A DNA stretch of 64,000 nucleotides from an uncultured Rhodospirillaceae bacterium (GTDB taxonomy: Bacteria; Pseudomonadota; Alphaproteobacteria; CAAGCB01; CAG-977): NCBI GenBank assembly GCA_900550445.1, contig URSF01000003.1, positions 1,158 to 65,157 on the forward strand, read 5' to 3'. The notes beneath the pieces were generated by a model, which searched no databases, was not told the origin of the DNA, and saw only the letters and a list, made by a program, of their open reading frames with translations. A program made the translations under genes and the position numbers. Positions 36,593 through 46,813 of the stretch are shown here, piece by piece; position 1 is the first letter of the stretch; every line of letters starts with the position of its first letter.

Positions 36593-37081
36593 TTATCCGG
36601 CGACCGACATCGGCCCGTATTTGTTTTCTCCGTCACTTTTCAGGCACATAAAAAACAGCAACAGAACAGAGAAAATCAAGGATAACGAAGAACACAACGT
36701 AGCCAAAGAATCGATTTGCATTTGCATGGAAAATCCCGCGCCGAAAGTCAACGCCACCGGGATAACAGTCCATAATCCCGTCTGTCCGATATCATGCAAC
36801 CGGCGAACGGCGACAGCCCATGCCGGGAAAAAAGAAAGAAAAGAATAAACGCCGGCCCCCTGCGCGCCGACCACCAATCCGATAAAGCAGCTGATAATCA
36901 GGTTAAAACAAACAAAAGACCAAAACATCATTCTGTTTGACCGGCCGGAAAATACAAAATATTTTTTCCAGGCTTCGATAAAATACATAAAAGCCTGTGA
37001 AATTGAAACAGACGAAGCCGTACTAAAAATTTCCTGCGCTTTTTCCTGCGCCTGCCGGCCTGTTTTTTCGATATTCGGCAT
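36593..37081 (-). CDS. DUF805-family inner membrane protein
   Basis: YFVFSGRSNRMMFWSF...AVAVRRLHDIGQTGLW matches the DUF805 (YhaH/YhaI-like) signature. Confidence 0.7.
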   Translation of the reverse strand: MPNIEKTGRQAQEKAQEIFSTASSVSISQAFMYFIEAWKKYFVFSGRSNRMMFWSFVCFNLIISCFIGLVVGAQGAGVYSFLSFFPAWAVAVRRLHDIGQTGLWTVIPVALTFGAGFSMQMQIDSLATLCSSLSLIFSVLLLFFMCLKSDGENKYGPMSVAG

Positions 37082-37250
37082 AATAATCCTCCCTTGTTAA
37101 GGTAAATAACGAAAAACAAGTCTAAAAGAAAAAAAACAATAAAAAAATCTACACAAAATATTTTTAAAACAAACAGTTATAAACATTCTGAGTTGTTTAA
37201 AAAAAATAAAAAAAAGCTATCCTGATTCCAATATAATAAGGAATCCTTTC

Positions 37251-37991
37251 ATGCAGACGTCATTTGAATATATTTCGGCTTTTTTTATCGTATCGGGTTT
37301 TCTGTGCGCTTTCATTATGCTGGCCGACATCTTTAATAATCGTCCGCAAAAAATAAAAATCATGAACAGCGTCTGGTTTTTAACTGGAATATGGGCGTCA
37401 TGGATCGGACTGTACGTTTATTTTAAAATCGGACGGGCAAATAAAATCAAAAATAATGAAGACGACGATAATCCGATCGGGGCACAAAATCCCGTTTTCA
37501 ATACGACCGGCCGGCAGACTATGTCTGAAAAAATTCTGTTGTCAACATTGCATTGCGGCGCCGGCTGCGCTTTGGCGAACCTTATCGCGGAAAGCGGTAC
37601 TTATTTTTATTCCGCTTATTCCGGCAGTACGGCTTTGGCAATCAGATGGGGCCTGGATTACCTTTTGGCAATAGTGTTCGGCCTTGGATTCCAATATGCG
37701 GCAATCAGTCCGGAAAAAAGGCCGCCTATCCCCGGAAAAATAATCCGGACGGCTTTTAAAACCGCCTTTCCGGGATTGACGGCCTGGCAGGCCGGAGTAT
37801 TTGCTTACAGCTCTCTGATTTTTTTCGGATTTCATGATATGATCGGAAAAAATTCATGGAGCTTTTGGTTCATGATGCAGATCGCTATGTTCTGCGGCTG
37901 CTTAACGGCTTATCCCGTTAACGGCCTGTTGATCAAATTCCACGTAAAAAAAACATCTGACAAAGGAGAAAGACCATTAAAACACTATTAA
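37251..37991 (+). CDS. DUF4396-like polytopic membrane protein
   Basis: 246 aa with several TM helices and the STLHCGAGCALANLIAE motif, recalled as the DUF4396 signature. Confidence 0.5.
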   Translation: MQTSFEYISAFFIVSGFLCAFIMLADIFNNRPQKIKIMNSVWFLTGIWASWIGLYVYFKIGRANKIKNNEDDDNPIGAQNPVFNTTGRQTMSEKILLSTLHCGAGCALANLIAESGTYFYSAYSGSTALAIRWGLDYLLAIVFGLGFQYAAISPEKRPPIPGKIIRTAFKTAFPGLTAWQAGVFAYSSLIFFGFHDMIGKNSWSFWFMMQIAMFCGCLTAYPVNGLLIKFHVKKTSDKGERPLKHY

Positions 37992-38017
37992 AACTGATTC
38001 TGTACGCAGTCATTTTA

Positions 38018-38809
38018 TTGATCCTGATTTTAGGGATCGGGCTGTTTTATATAGATTCGATCATCAAAACAACCGTTAATGAATTGGGGCCGAAAGTCAC
38101 GCAGACCTCTGTCCATCTGAATGATTTTTCAACATCTCTGGTCGATACAAAAGTCGTTTTGCAAGGGCTGCAAATTGGCAATCCGAAAGGATTCAGCCAG
38201 CCGTATGCTCTGCAGCTGGGCTCTGTCAACGTGCAGGCCGACCGGGACAGCTTGTTTTCAGATGTGATCATTATTGAAAATGTCGCTCTGTCCGGCGTTG
38301 ACGTCACTTATGAACTTTCCGGGAAAACCAGCAATCTGGCCGTATTGAATGAAAATATAGCTCATTATATTTCTTCTTCGGCCGATGCGTCACAGCCCGA
38401 AAAAACCGAAGAAAAAGAAAAAACGGCCTCTGCCAAAAAAGTCATTATCAAACATTTGTCCGTAACGGGATCAAAAGTAAACCTGTCCGCCTCTTTGACC
38501 CCCGGCGGCAAAGCAATAACAACGACCGTTGACTTGCCGGATCTGCACTTGAAAAACCTGGGATCCGGAAAACAGCCGATGACAATCGAACAGGCGGCCG
38601 CTTATATTTTGAATCTGATTTCGTTGAACAGCTTGGATACACTGGCGAAATCGGCCTATAAAAACGTTTTGAAAGTTTCGGAAGAAACAATCAAACAAAC
38701 CAAACAGGCCGCCGAAGAGCTGGCAGATTCGGCCAAACAGACCGTCAATACTTTGAAAGAAAAAGGAGAGAACATTGACGGCGTTCTGAAAGGACTGTTC
38801 GGTAAATAA
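38018..38809 (+). CDS. hypothetical membrane-anchored protein (AsmA/DUF748-like, tentative)
   Basis: 263 aa from a TTG start. N-terminal hydrophobic segment followed by beta-rich repeats (VHLNDFSTSLVDTKVVLQGLQIGNPKGF..., VDLPDLHLKNLG). The N-terminus is probably mis-set (see findings). Confidence 0.45.
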   Translation: MILILGIGLFYIDSIIKTTVNELGPKVTQTSVHLNDFSTSLVDTKVVLQGLQIGNPKGFSQPYALQLGSVNVQADRDSLFSDVIIIENVALSGVDVTYELSGKTSNLAVLNENIAHYISSSADASQPEKTEEKEKTASAKKVIIKHLSVTGSKVNLSASLTPGGKAITTTVDLPDLHLKNLGSGKQPMTIEQAAAYILNLISLNSLDTLAKSAYKNVLKVSEETIKQTKQAAEELADSAKQTVNTLKEKGENIDGVLKGLFGK

Positions 38810-38820
38810 AATCAGAATTT

Positions 38821-38855
38821 CTGAAGGGGAAAAAATCCCCTTCAGCGCTCTTTTT
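38821..38855 (+). terminator. Rho-independent terminator
   Basis: ctgaagggga-aaaaa-tccccttcag followed by cgctcttttt. Confidence 0.7.
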
Positions 38856-39148
38856 CCTCTCCGGCGAAGATAAATGCGAAAACAATCTGTGCATTTATTT
38901 CAGCCGCATTTATTACTTTTATTCTCTCCGTTATTTTCAAAAAACGCGGTATAATTTTATATAATCAGTTATTTTTCGGTGCCCGCGCGCATCAGATACG
39001 TCAATTCAAACCGGATTTTTTTGAATTACGGCTTTATCTCTGTTCTTCCATAACCCGAAATAAAAAGTTCGTCTTTTTTGAATTACGACAGCTCTGACAG
39101 TCTGATCAAAAAAAACAGAACCCATAAAAAATGGATTCCGTTTCAAAA

Positions 39149-39238
39149 TGGCGGAGGACGTGGGAGTCGAACCCACTCACGGGTATAACCCCGTGTACGG
39201 ATTAGCAATCCGCTGCATTACCGTTCTGCCAGTCCTCC
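39149..39238 (-). tRNA. tRNA-Ser (anticodon GCU)
   Basis: The reverse complement folds as a cloverleaf. Acceptor stem is GGAGGAC/GTCCTCC, the D stem is 3 bp, and the anticodon stem GCGGA/TCCGT closes the loop TTGCTAA. The long variable arm pairs CACGGG...CCCGTG and the T arm is GTGGG-TTCGACT-CCCAC. Discriminator is G and CCA is encoded. 90 nt. Confidence 0.9.
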
Positions 39239-39372
39239 GTCGTTTTCAGTTCTAACGAAAGTTTTTCCTTCCGTCAACTTAAAAAACTTCCCAAATGTAT
39301 TTTTCATTTTTAAATTTTTCAATTCCTGTTTTTTTCCGTAAAAAAGCCCCGATATTCTCAGGGCTTTTTTTA

Positions 39373-39570
39373 TTATCTGTGCAGCATCGCTTCTGATAAA
39401 TGGGAAGATACTCTGTCCGCTTCCGGTAATTTTTTATCGGGATCCCGCAAAATTGAATTGCGCAGTTTTTGATTCACCGCCGAATTTTCAGGCGTTCCGC
39501 CCAATTCAACGGTAACGGCGGCATTTTTTGCAAAACGTTTCACCAATGACTTTTCACTTAATTTCGTCAT
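39373..39570 (-). CDS. small hypothetical ORF coupled to the 385-aa orphan gene
   Basis: 65 aa. Its ATG overlaps the upstream stop (ATGA). No recognisable motifs. Confidence 0.35.
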   Translation of the reverse strand: MTKLSEKSLVKRFAKNAAVTVELGGTPENSAVNQKLRNSILRDPDKKLPEADRVSSHLSEAMLHR

Positions 39571-40724
39571 CTGACTTTATATCCTTTTAAGACCTTGGCA
39601 AACATCTGGTCAGACATCTTTGATTTATCAGAAGCTGTCTTTGCCGGTGTCTCCATCTTACGTTCAGGTTTTCCAAATAAAGTTTTCTGAACATTATCCA
39701 ACTGTTTTTGCAATGGAACTCTTTTAGATTCTTCGTGATTCCTCTCGGCAGATTTAGCCCAAGCCTTTGCATCGGAAGCGATATCGGATATCGATCTGGG
39801 TTCTCCGTCTTTATAGACATCTTCCAATACGTCGTTGTAAACGGACCGATTTTTTTTCATTGATTCGACCGCCTTGGCCATAGCCTGATCCAACTGCTTT
39901 TCCGCATTAAACGCAAAAGTGTGGCTTTTCAATTTTGCTCCGATCCTTTTAAAGAACGACAAGCCTTTTGTAACGCTCGGAGATCCTTTCTTTAAATTGT
40001 ATTCACTATCTTTCGCTTTGACGTCGCCGGAAGGCAAATACATCTTATCCACAACGGAATCGCCATGATATCCTTTAACGCCGGCATGCGCGCGCAAAGT
40101 CTTCATCACATGAATCTCTGCCCGGCGGGCATCTTTCGGATGTTGGACTTTATACGCATGCATCGCATCGGCAACCTCCTGTAAAACATCACTGCATTCC
40201 GCACGCGCCTTGGCTGTTTCTTTCGTCCTATACGATTCCGTGTACTTATAGTGATTGTTCGTTTGATCATTGCGCACGGAAGCGTTTTCCGCAATCTCGG
40301 AAATTCTGGTAATGCCATTATACGTCGTACTTTCTTTTATGGCTTCCGCATAATATTGAGGATTGCGCTTGGCATCTTTTTGAACACGTTCCAAAGCATC
40401 ATTTAAAGCGGCGTAGTCTTTTGACCAGACGGCTTTAATTTTTGCCCCGAGCTTATTAAAAAAGGGACGCCCTTTGTTAATATCCGGTTTTTTTTCGCCC
40501 AAAGACCTGAACGCCTGACGTTGCTTATAATTCATACCGTTTTCGTATTCCAGATCATAAGAACCGCTTTTACTGCCTTCAATCGCAGCCTTCAACACGC
40601 TTTGAGCGTATGCGTTAACACGCAAAAAATCTTTTGGATTTTCTTCTTTATACCGTTCAAGACATCTGTTCAAATAGCTTAAATTGTCTGCGGTATTTTT
40701 AATCTCTTCCTTATAATCAGCCAT
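39567..40724 (-). CDS. orphan Lys-rich soluble protein made of two ~170-aa tandem repeats
   Basis: Internal duplication: ERYKEENPKDFLRVNAYAQSVLKA...KGRPFFNKLGAKIKAVWS...RVQKDAKRNPQYY compared with HAYKVQHPKDARRAEIHVMKTLRA...KGLSFFKRIGAKLKSHTF...AVESMKKNRSVY. The gene is AT-rich and lies next to tRNA-Ser. Confidence 0.55.
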   Translation of the reverse strand: MADYKEEIKNTADNLSYLNRCLERYKEENPKDFLRVNAYAQSVLKAAIEGSKSGSYDLEYENGMNYKQRQAFRSLGEKKPDINKGRPFFNKLGAKIKAVWSKDYAALNDALERVQKDAKRNPQYYAEAIKESTTYNGITRISEIAENASVRNDQTNNHYKYTESYRTKETAKARAECSDVLQEVADAMHAYKVQHPKDARRAEIHVMKTLRAHAGVKGYHGDSVVDKMYLPSGDVKAKDSEYNLKKGSPSVTKGLSFFKRIGAKLKSHTFAFNAEKQLDQAMAKAVESMKKNRSVYNDVLEDVYKDGEPRSISDIASDAKAWAKSAERNHEESKRVPLQKQLDNVQKTLFGKPERKMETPAKTASDKSKMSDQMFAKVLKGYKVR

Positions 40725-40801
40725 TTTTTCCTCCTGCGGTAGTTAGAACTATCATAGCATAAAAATTTTTTTCTTCCTTATCTTTATTTATGACAAAATT
40801 T

Positions 40802-41095
40802 TTACACTGGCAGCTTTCTAACCTTACTGACCGGCGCATAATATTCATGTTCCAGTTCATTATCCAATATTTCAGCGATCAGGACTTTATTTTCTTTTTG
40901 CAAAGAAGCCAAAGCCATCGGAGATAAATACTCCAACAAAATGGCGCGTTTTGAATCTCGCATCAACAAAGCCGTTTCCACGCCGTCAAAGAAAAAACGA
41001 GGATGATCGGGAACACCTGTTCGCGCTCGAATACAAAACAACAGCTCTCCGTCTTTGTTTTGCACAACGTCGTAAAGTCCTTCCTTTTCAGCCAT
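40802..41095 (-). CDS. small acidic hypothetical protein, paralog of 23714..24004
   Basis: 97 aa, starting 22 bp after the gatB stop. It shares YD..N.DGEL...Y.APV.KV with the ORF downstream of gltX. Confidence 0.6.
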   Translation of the reverse strand: MAEKEGLYDVVQNKDGELLFCIRARTGVPDHPRFFFDGVETALLMRDSKRAILLEYLSPMALASLQKENKVLIAEILDNELEHEYYAPVSKVRKLPV

Positions 41096-41117
41096 CGTTT
41101 TTTCCTCTCATCAATCG

Positions 41118-42572
41118 TTAAGCGTCCAGTTTCTTCTTAACCAGCTCATTTAACATTGCCGGATTAGCCTTGCCTTGCGAAGCACGCATCGTCTGTCCGA
41201 CGAACCAACCCAGCAACTTTTCTTTGCCGCCTTTATACTCGGCGACTTTATCGGGATTGGCAGCCAAGACGTCATCAACCATTTTTTCAATCGCCGATGT
41301 GTCCGTTACCTGTTTCAAACCTTTTTCCTCAACGATTTCGTCCGGCGTTTTGCCTTCTTCAACCATAAAGGCAAACACGTCTTTGGCAATGCGCGAAGAA
41401 ATCGTACCGTCGTTAATCAGATCAACCATACGTCCCAGATTTTCAGGCTTGACGGGGCTTTCGGCGATTGATTTACCCTGCTTGTTCAATACGGCGAACA
41501 AATCGCCCATAATATAGTTGGCGACTTTTTTCGCGTCATGCCCTTTGGCCGCGGCTTCAAAATAAACGGCGATATCCTTTTCCGCGACCAGCTGGCCGGC
41601 GTCATAAGCCGGAAGGCCGTATTCTTCGATAAAGCGTTTTTTCTTTGCGTCCGGCAGTTCGGGCATCTGTCCGCGCAGCCGTTCGATCATCGCATCGTCC
41701 AAAATCAACGGAATCAAATCCGGATCATAGAAATAACGGTAATCCACCGCTGTTTCTTTGGAACGCATGGATTTTGTTTCGCCCTTGACGGAATCGAATT
41801 TACGCGTTTCCTGAACGACTTTGCCGCCGCTTTCGATTAATTCGACTTGACGCATGGCTTCGTATTCAATCGCCTGCATGACGAAACGGATCGAATTGAC
41901 GTTTTTGATTTCCGCGCGCGTGCCGAACGGTTCGCCCGGACGATGCACGGAAACATTCGCGTCGCAGCGCATCGATCCTTCGTCCATATTACCGTCGCAA
42001 GAACCGATATAGCGCACGATCGAGCGCAGCTTGCGCAGATAGGCGCCCGCTTCTTCCGGCGAACGAATGTCCGGACGCGACACGATTTCCATCAGCGCGA
42101 CGCCCGCGCGGTTCAAATCGACAAAAGATTTGCTGGGGTGCTGATCGTGCATCAGCTTGCCCGCGTCCTGTTCCAAATGCAGACGTTCGATACCGATGCG
42201 TCGCGTTTCGCCGTTTTCCAGATCAACGTCAATATAACCGTCGGAAATAATCGGGTGATCGGACTGCGAAATCTGATACCCGTTCGGCAGGTCGGCATAG
42301 TAATAGTTTTTACGGGCGAAAATGGATTTTTTGTTGATCGTCGCGTTCAGACCGAACCCCGTGCGCACCGCCTGTTCAACGCATTCATGGTTGATTACGG
42401 GCAGCATGCCGGGAAATCCCGCGTCAACAAAGCTGACTTGCGTATTGGCTTCCGCGCCGAAAGCCGTCGCCGCGCCGGAAAACAACTTGGCTTTGGAAAT
42501 GACTTCACAGTGGACTTCCAGCCCGATAACGACTTCCCAATCGCCCGTTTCACCTTTAATGATATAAGACAT
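41118..42572 (-). CDS. gatB: Asp/Glu-tRNA amidotransferase subunit B
   Basis: Start set at the internal ATG at 42572 ([24 protein letters not shown]...), 1 nt after the gatA stop. The sequence is GatB-like throughout. Confidence 0.9.
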   Translation of the reverse strand: MSYIIKGETGDWEVVIGLEVHCEVISKAKLFSGAATAFGAEANTQVSFVDAGFPGMLPVINHECVEQAVRTGFGLNATINKKSIFARKNYYYADLPNGYQISQSDHPIISDGYIDVDLENGETRRIGIERLHLEQDAGKLMHDQHPSKSFVDLNRAGVALMEIVSRPDIRSPEEAGAYLRKLRSIVRYIGSCDGNMDEGSMRCDANVSVHRPGEPFGTRAEIKNVNSIRFVMQAIEYEAMRQVELIESGGKVVQETRKFDSVKGETKSMRSKETAVDYRYFYDPDLIPLILDDAMIERLRGQMPELPDAKKKRFIEEYGLPAYDAGQLVAEKDIAVYFEAAAKGHDAKKVANYIMGDLFAVLNKQGKSIAESPVKPENLGRMVDLINDGTISSRIAKDVFAFMVEEGKTPDEIVEEKGLKQVTDTSAIEKMVDDVLAANPDKVAEYKGGKEKLLGWFVGQTMRASQGKANPAMLNELVKKKLDA

Positions 42573-42573
42573 A

Positions 42574-44064
42574 TTATTTTCCTCCCACGCGCAAAGGACG
42601 AACCGGCATGCCGGACATTGATTCAATCGCTCCGGCGACGCGCAAAACAGTTTCTTCCGCAAATGAATTTCCGATGACTTGCAGCCCGATCGGCAGACCG
42701 TTGACTTCCGACGTTCCCGCCGGGACGCATACCGCCGGCAGTCCTGCCAGAGAAGACGGCACCGTAAATACGTCGTACAGCTGCATTTTCAAAGGGTCGC
42801 TTGTGCTGTCGTCGTCTTTGCCGAACGCCGTTTCAGGCGCGGCCGGAGCCAAAATAACGTCCACCTTTTTATAAGCTTCGGCAAATTCATGACACAACAG
42901 ACGACGGACTTTCTGCGCTTTCAGATAGCAGGTTTCGTAATATCCTTCCAGCAAAATGCAGGTGCCGATCATAATGCGGCGTTTGACTTCTTTCCCGAAG
43001 CCTTCGGTACGCGTGTTCGTGTACATTTCGTCCAGGCTTTTCCCGTCAACGCGCAGGCCGTATTTCACCCCGTCGTAACGCGCCAGATTCGACGACGCTT
43101 CCGCCGGCGCGATCAGGTAATACGTCGGCAAGGCGTACTGCGTCGAAGGCAGAGAAATATCGACGATTTCCGCGCCGGCCGCTTTTAATTTGTCCGCCAT
43201 GGCTTCCCAGACGTGACGCACGTCGGCGTTCAGCCCTTTATCAGGATTGTATTCGCGCGGAATCCCGATACGCAGCCCTTTCACATCGCCTGTCAAAGCT
43301 TTTTCATAATTCGGTACAGGAACGTTGGCCGAAGTTGAATCTTTCGGATCAAAGCCGGCCATAGCTTCCAGCATAATCGCGGTGTCGCGCACGGTACGGG
43401 TCATTGTCCCCGCCTGATCCAGCGAAGAAGCAAAAGCGACCATGCCCCAGCGCGAACAGCGGCCGTACGTCGGTTTGCACCCGACAATCCCGCAGAAAGA
43501 CGCCGGCGTGCGGATCGACCCGCCCGTATCCGACCCCGTCGCGGCCATGCACAGCCCTGCGGCGACGGCGGCGGCAGACCCGCCCGAAGACCCGCCGGGA
43601 ATTAAAAACTTGTCCGGGTTTGTTTTATCTTTGTGCGGATTGCGCACCGCTCCGTAATAACTGGTCAGGTTAGCCGTCCCCATGGCGAATTCGTCCATGT
43701 TGGTTTTGCCCAGCATGACGGAACCTTCGTCTTCCAGCTTTTGCGAAACCGTAGATTCATAAGGGGGAACAAAACCGTCCAGAATATGAGAGCAAGCCGT
43801 CGTCCGCACGCCTTTGGTACAATACAGGTCTTTCATGCCAACGGGAATGCCTTCCATTTTTCCGGCAGCGCCTTTTGCGCGGCGTTCATCGGATCTGCGC
43901 GCGCGTTCCAATGCGATTTCCGGCGTTTCCAAAACATAAGCGTTTAATTCGCGGGCTTTTTCCATTTCCTTTAAATGCGCCTGCGTCAATTCAACGGCGG
44001 AAAATTCTTTTTTAGCCAGCCCGTCCAGAGCTTCGGCAATCGTCAATTCAACTAAATCGGTCAT
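42574..44064 (-). CDS. gatA: Asp/Glu-tRNA amidotransferase subunit A
   Basis: Amidase signature [14 protein letters not shown]...[12 protein letters not shown]. 496 aa. Confidence 0.92.
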   Translation of the reverse strand: MTDLVELTIAEALDGLAKKEFSAVELTQAHLKEMEKARELNAYVLETPEIALERARRSDERRAKGAAGKMEGIPVGMKDLYCTKGVRTTACSHILDGFVPPYESTVSQKLEDEGSVMLGKTNMDEFAMGTANLTSYYGAVRNPHKDKTNPDKFLIPGGSSGGSAAAVAAGLCMAATGSDTGGSIRTPASFCGIVGCKPTYGRCSRWGMVAFASSLDQAGTMTRTVRDTAIMLEAMAGFDPKDSTSANVPVPNYEKALTGDVKGLRIGIPREYNPDKGLNADVRHVWEAMADKLKAAGAEIVDISLPSTQYALPTYYLIAPAEASSNLARYDGVKYGLRVDGKSLDEMYTNTRTEGFGKEVKRRIMIGTCILLEGYYETCYLKAQKVRRLLCHEFAEAYKKVDVILAPAAPETAFGKDDDSTSDPLKMQLYDVFTVPSSLAGLPAVCVPAGTSEVNGLPIGLQVIGNSFAEETVLRVAGAIESMSGMPVRPLRVGGK

Positions 44065-44067
44065 CGT

Positions 44068-44358
44068 TTACTCCACCACTTTGGGAACCAGGAAATAACC
44101 GTCCATGGATTCGGGGGCGTTTGCCAAAATTTCATCGCGGATATTGCCGTCGGTGATAACGTCGTCGCGTTCGCGCAGCTTCATGTCTTCCACAACTGAA
44201 TTCATCGGCAGAACGCCGTCGGTATCAACGTCCTTTAACTGATCGACCCAGCCCAAGATTTTTGTCAGTTCGCCGACCATTTCGTCCATATTTTCTTCCG
44301 GGATTCGCAAACGTGACAGAATCCCCAGTCTTTTGACCATTTCCCTGTCGATTGACAT
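44068..44358 (-). CDS. gatC: Asp/Glu-tRNA amidotransferase subunit C
   Basis: Start set at the ATG at 44358 (MSIDREMVKRLGILSRLRIPEEN...). 96 aa, immediately upstream of gatA. Confidence 0.85.
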   Translation of the reverse strand: MSIDREMVKRLGILSRLRIPEENMDEMVGELTKILGWVDQLKDVDTDGVLPMNSVVEDMKLRERDDVITDGNIRDEILANAPESMDGYFLVPKVVE

Positions 44359-44463
44359 AGGTATACTTGCTCCTGTATTACTAAAAAAACAAACTTTACA
44401 GAAAGTAGCATTTACAGTGCGCGACGGCAAGTCCAAACCCGTTTTTCCCGACAGTTTTTTATT

Positions 44464-45117
44464 TCAGCCCGCCGTTTGTTTTTCCCTGCCGGAACGCAGA
44501 TAAATCAAAGGAATGCTGAAAAGCGAGATCAAATACTTTACCGCGAAGTTAAACAAAAAAATCTGCCAGACGATCTCCCAGGCATACGTTCCGGCAAAAG
44601 CGCCGACGCAGAAAACGGCGTTGTCAATGGGAATACTGACGGAGTTGCTGGCTAAGACGCGCCCCCATTTATGTTTTTCCCGGAACCGTTTTTCAAACAT
44701 GTGATAAATTTCCGTATCGGCCAGCTCGCTGGTCAGCTGAGCCAGCAAAGAAAACACGACGATGCGCCACACCGGCGCCAGACATTCGTCAAAAGCCGCC
44801 GAGGCCGGCGACGACGGATCCGAAGCGAACAAAGCGATAAACGCAAAATAGCCGGTCATCAGCAAATTAATCAAAACGGCGGAATAAATGCAGCGTTTCG
44901 TCAGTTCCTTTCCCAGTTCGCGGTGCACCAGATCGCGCAATGTAAAGCTCAGCGGATACAAAAACACGCCCATATCGACGGCGTAATTAAAAACCAGCCC
45001 GACCTTAATGCTGCTGATATTGGAAACCAGCTGAACGGCCAGATACGACAAAGCGACAAACAAAGCGGTATTACTCATTGAATTTACCCGGAAAAAATTT
45101 TGTTTCTTGTACATCAA
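44464..45117 (-). CDS. yhhQ: YhhQ/VUT-family queuosine-precursor transporter
   Basis: Polytopic protein with FLYPLSFTLRDLVHRELGK and ELADTEIYH. The likely true start is at 45078 (MSNTALF...). Confidence 0.65.
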   Translation of the reverse strand: MMYKKQNFFRVNSMSNTALFVALSYLAVQLVSNISSIKVGLVFNYAVDMGVFLYPLSFTLRDLVHRELGKELTKRCIYSAVLINLLMTGYFAFIALFASDPSSPASAAFDECLAPVWRIVVFSLLAQLTSELADTEIYHMFEKRFREKHKWGRVLASNSVSIPIDNAVFCVGAFAGTYAWEIVWQIFLFNFAVKYLISLFSIPLIYLRSGREKQTAG

Positions 45118-45165
45118 AAACGATTTGATTAAAAATACTTTGTTTAATTACAAAAGGATTTTCTC

Positions 45166-45627
45166 ATGCCCTCTTTTTCTTTCGACGCTTTTTTATCCTC
45201 AGTTCCCCGCGGCACGTCGCTGGCCGGTCTGGACATCGGCGCGAAAACGATCGGCGTGGCCGTGTCGGATACTTTATGGCTGACGGCGACGCCGTTAAAA
45301 ACGATTTTCAGAAAAAGCTTTCAGTATGACATGAACGAATTGTCCGCTTTGCTCAAAGGCCGGGAAATCGGCGGTTTTATTTCCGGACTGCCGCTGCAAA
45401 TGAACGGAGAAGAAGGAACGCAGGCCGCCTATACGCGCGAACAGGCGCAAAAAATCGCGGATTATTTTCAAAAGCCCGTTTATTTTCAGGACGAACGCCT
45501 TTCTTCCGCCGCCGTGGAACGCGTTATGATCGGCGCGTATGACATGAGCCGCAAAAAACGCAGAGAAAAGCTGGACGCCGGCGCGGCAGCCTTTATTTTA
45601 CAAAGCTTTCTGGACAAAGTCCGCTGA
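45166..45627 (+). CDS. ruvX: Holliday junction resolvase-like RuvX (YqgF)
   Basis: LAGLDIGAKTIGVAVSD...GGFISGLPLQMNGEEG...FQDERLSS. Confidence 0.85.
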   Translation: MPSFSFDAFLSSVPRGTSLAGLDIGAKTIGVAVSDTLWLTATPLKTIFRKSFQYDMNELSALLKGREIGGFISGLPLQMNGEEGTQAAYTREQAQKIADYFQKPVYFQDERLSSAAVERVMIGAYDMSRKKRREKLDAGAAAFILQSFLDKVR

Positions 45628-45638
45628 ACGCCCCGTTT

Positions 45639-46649
45639 TTACCTGCCGCGCCGGGCCGCCATCAGCTTGGCCGCTGCCGCCGCAGACACGGACGCGTTTG
45701 AATTTGCCGGTTTTTGTTTTTGCGCTTTCAATTCCTCGCGCAAAGGCAAAGACTGATACGTTTTATCCTCTTCCAGATTAAATCCGTTTTTGCGGATCAT
45801 AAAGGCCTGCCGACATTTTTTCAAAGTCGATTCCGTAATCGCCAGTTTTTCGGGCTGTTCCAAAACGTCCGGATTATCCGACCAATAACATTTTCCGGCG
45901 GGATCGCGGCAGACCGTTTCGACAATCTGTCTGGAAGTAATCGGCTTGACATAATACGTTTCCGGGTGATTGCGTTCGTCCCAGCTATAACTTAATCCGC
46001 CGTCGCGCAAATATCCGTATTCATAACGCAGCACCATTTCTTCGTTTTGATACCACCCTTCAAAACCGCCCTGCAACATTTTATGAGTGAACGGCGCTTT
46101 TTCATCGCTGCAAGCCGCCATAAATCCTTTAGCGATCAGCGGAACGTCCGCTTCAAATTCATTCCACGGACCTTCGACGCCGTTTTGCTTCATTTCATAG
46201 CAAACGGCGCAGGACGCCGCTTCGGCGTCGGCTTCTTTCGCTCTGTGCGACATGACCGCCCCTTTAAACGTATAATGATTGCAGTCGCTGTCGATACCGT
46301 TGGAAAACTGCTGCACGTGACGCGCTTCATGCCCGATAATCTGCATCAGCTGATTGTCCGAAAAACAACAGTTCAAAGATAATATCTTTGTTGATTCGCT
46401 GACCATTCCGCCCCAGCCGCAGGCGCCGAACATAGCGATCTGGTAGCCTTCTTTGGCGACGTTTTCCAACAGTTCCCGGCCCAAAGGCGAATTTTCGGCC
46501 ACCGTATTGATAATATGAATAGCCCGCCGCTTATTGTTTCCGTAACAACGGCTGATATCAATCGGGATCAGCAGCTCTTCACATTGATCCGCGTTTTCAG
46601 GTTTCCGGGTGCCGGAAGCGCCGCTTAAAGTTTCAGTCATAAAAAACAT
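45639..46649 (-). CDS. HExxH zincin-like protein, paralog 1, ...RGR C-terminus
   Basis: IIGHEARHVQQ followed about 30 aa later by HRAKEADAEAASCAVCYEM. It ends AAAAAKLMAARRGR and has no signal peptide. Confidence 0.6.
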   Translation of the reverse strand: MFFMTETLSGASGTRKPENADQCEELLIPIDISRCYGNNKRRAIHIINTVAENSPLGRELLENVAKEGYQIAMFGACGWGGMVSESTKILSLNCCFSDNQLMQIIGHEARHVQQFSNGIDSDCNHYTFKGAVMSHRAKEADAEAASCAVCYEMKQNGVEGPWNEFEADVPLIAKGFMAACSDEKAPFTHKMLQGGFEGWYQNEEMVLRYEYGYLRDGGLSYSWDERNHPETYYVKPITSRQIVETVCRDPAGKCYWSDNPDVLEQPEKLAITESTLKKCRQAFMIRKNGFNLEEDKTYQSLPLREELKAQKQKPANSNASVSAAAAAKLMAARRGR

Positions 46650-46813
46650 CGCCTTTGTCGTTTATTTAAAATTTGCTTTATTCTATACAAACATCTTTCC
46701 TCAGGCAAAGGAAAAACATCGCCCGGCGGCTATATTTTCCCGCCATAAAGCCGTCTTGCCCCCATAAAAAAAAGCTGGCACTTTCAAATAAAACAAAACG
46801 GCAAGGAGCAGAT

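Noticed and set aside
32956-39148. Calling the whole block a tRNA-Ser-anchored genomic island or mobile element.
   Set aside because: No integrase, transposase, conjugation gene or duplicated tRNA 3' end was found by eye. I report it only as accessory DNA.
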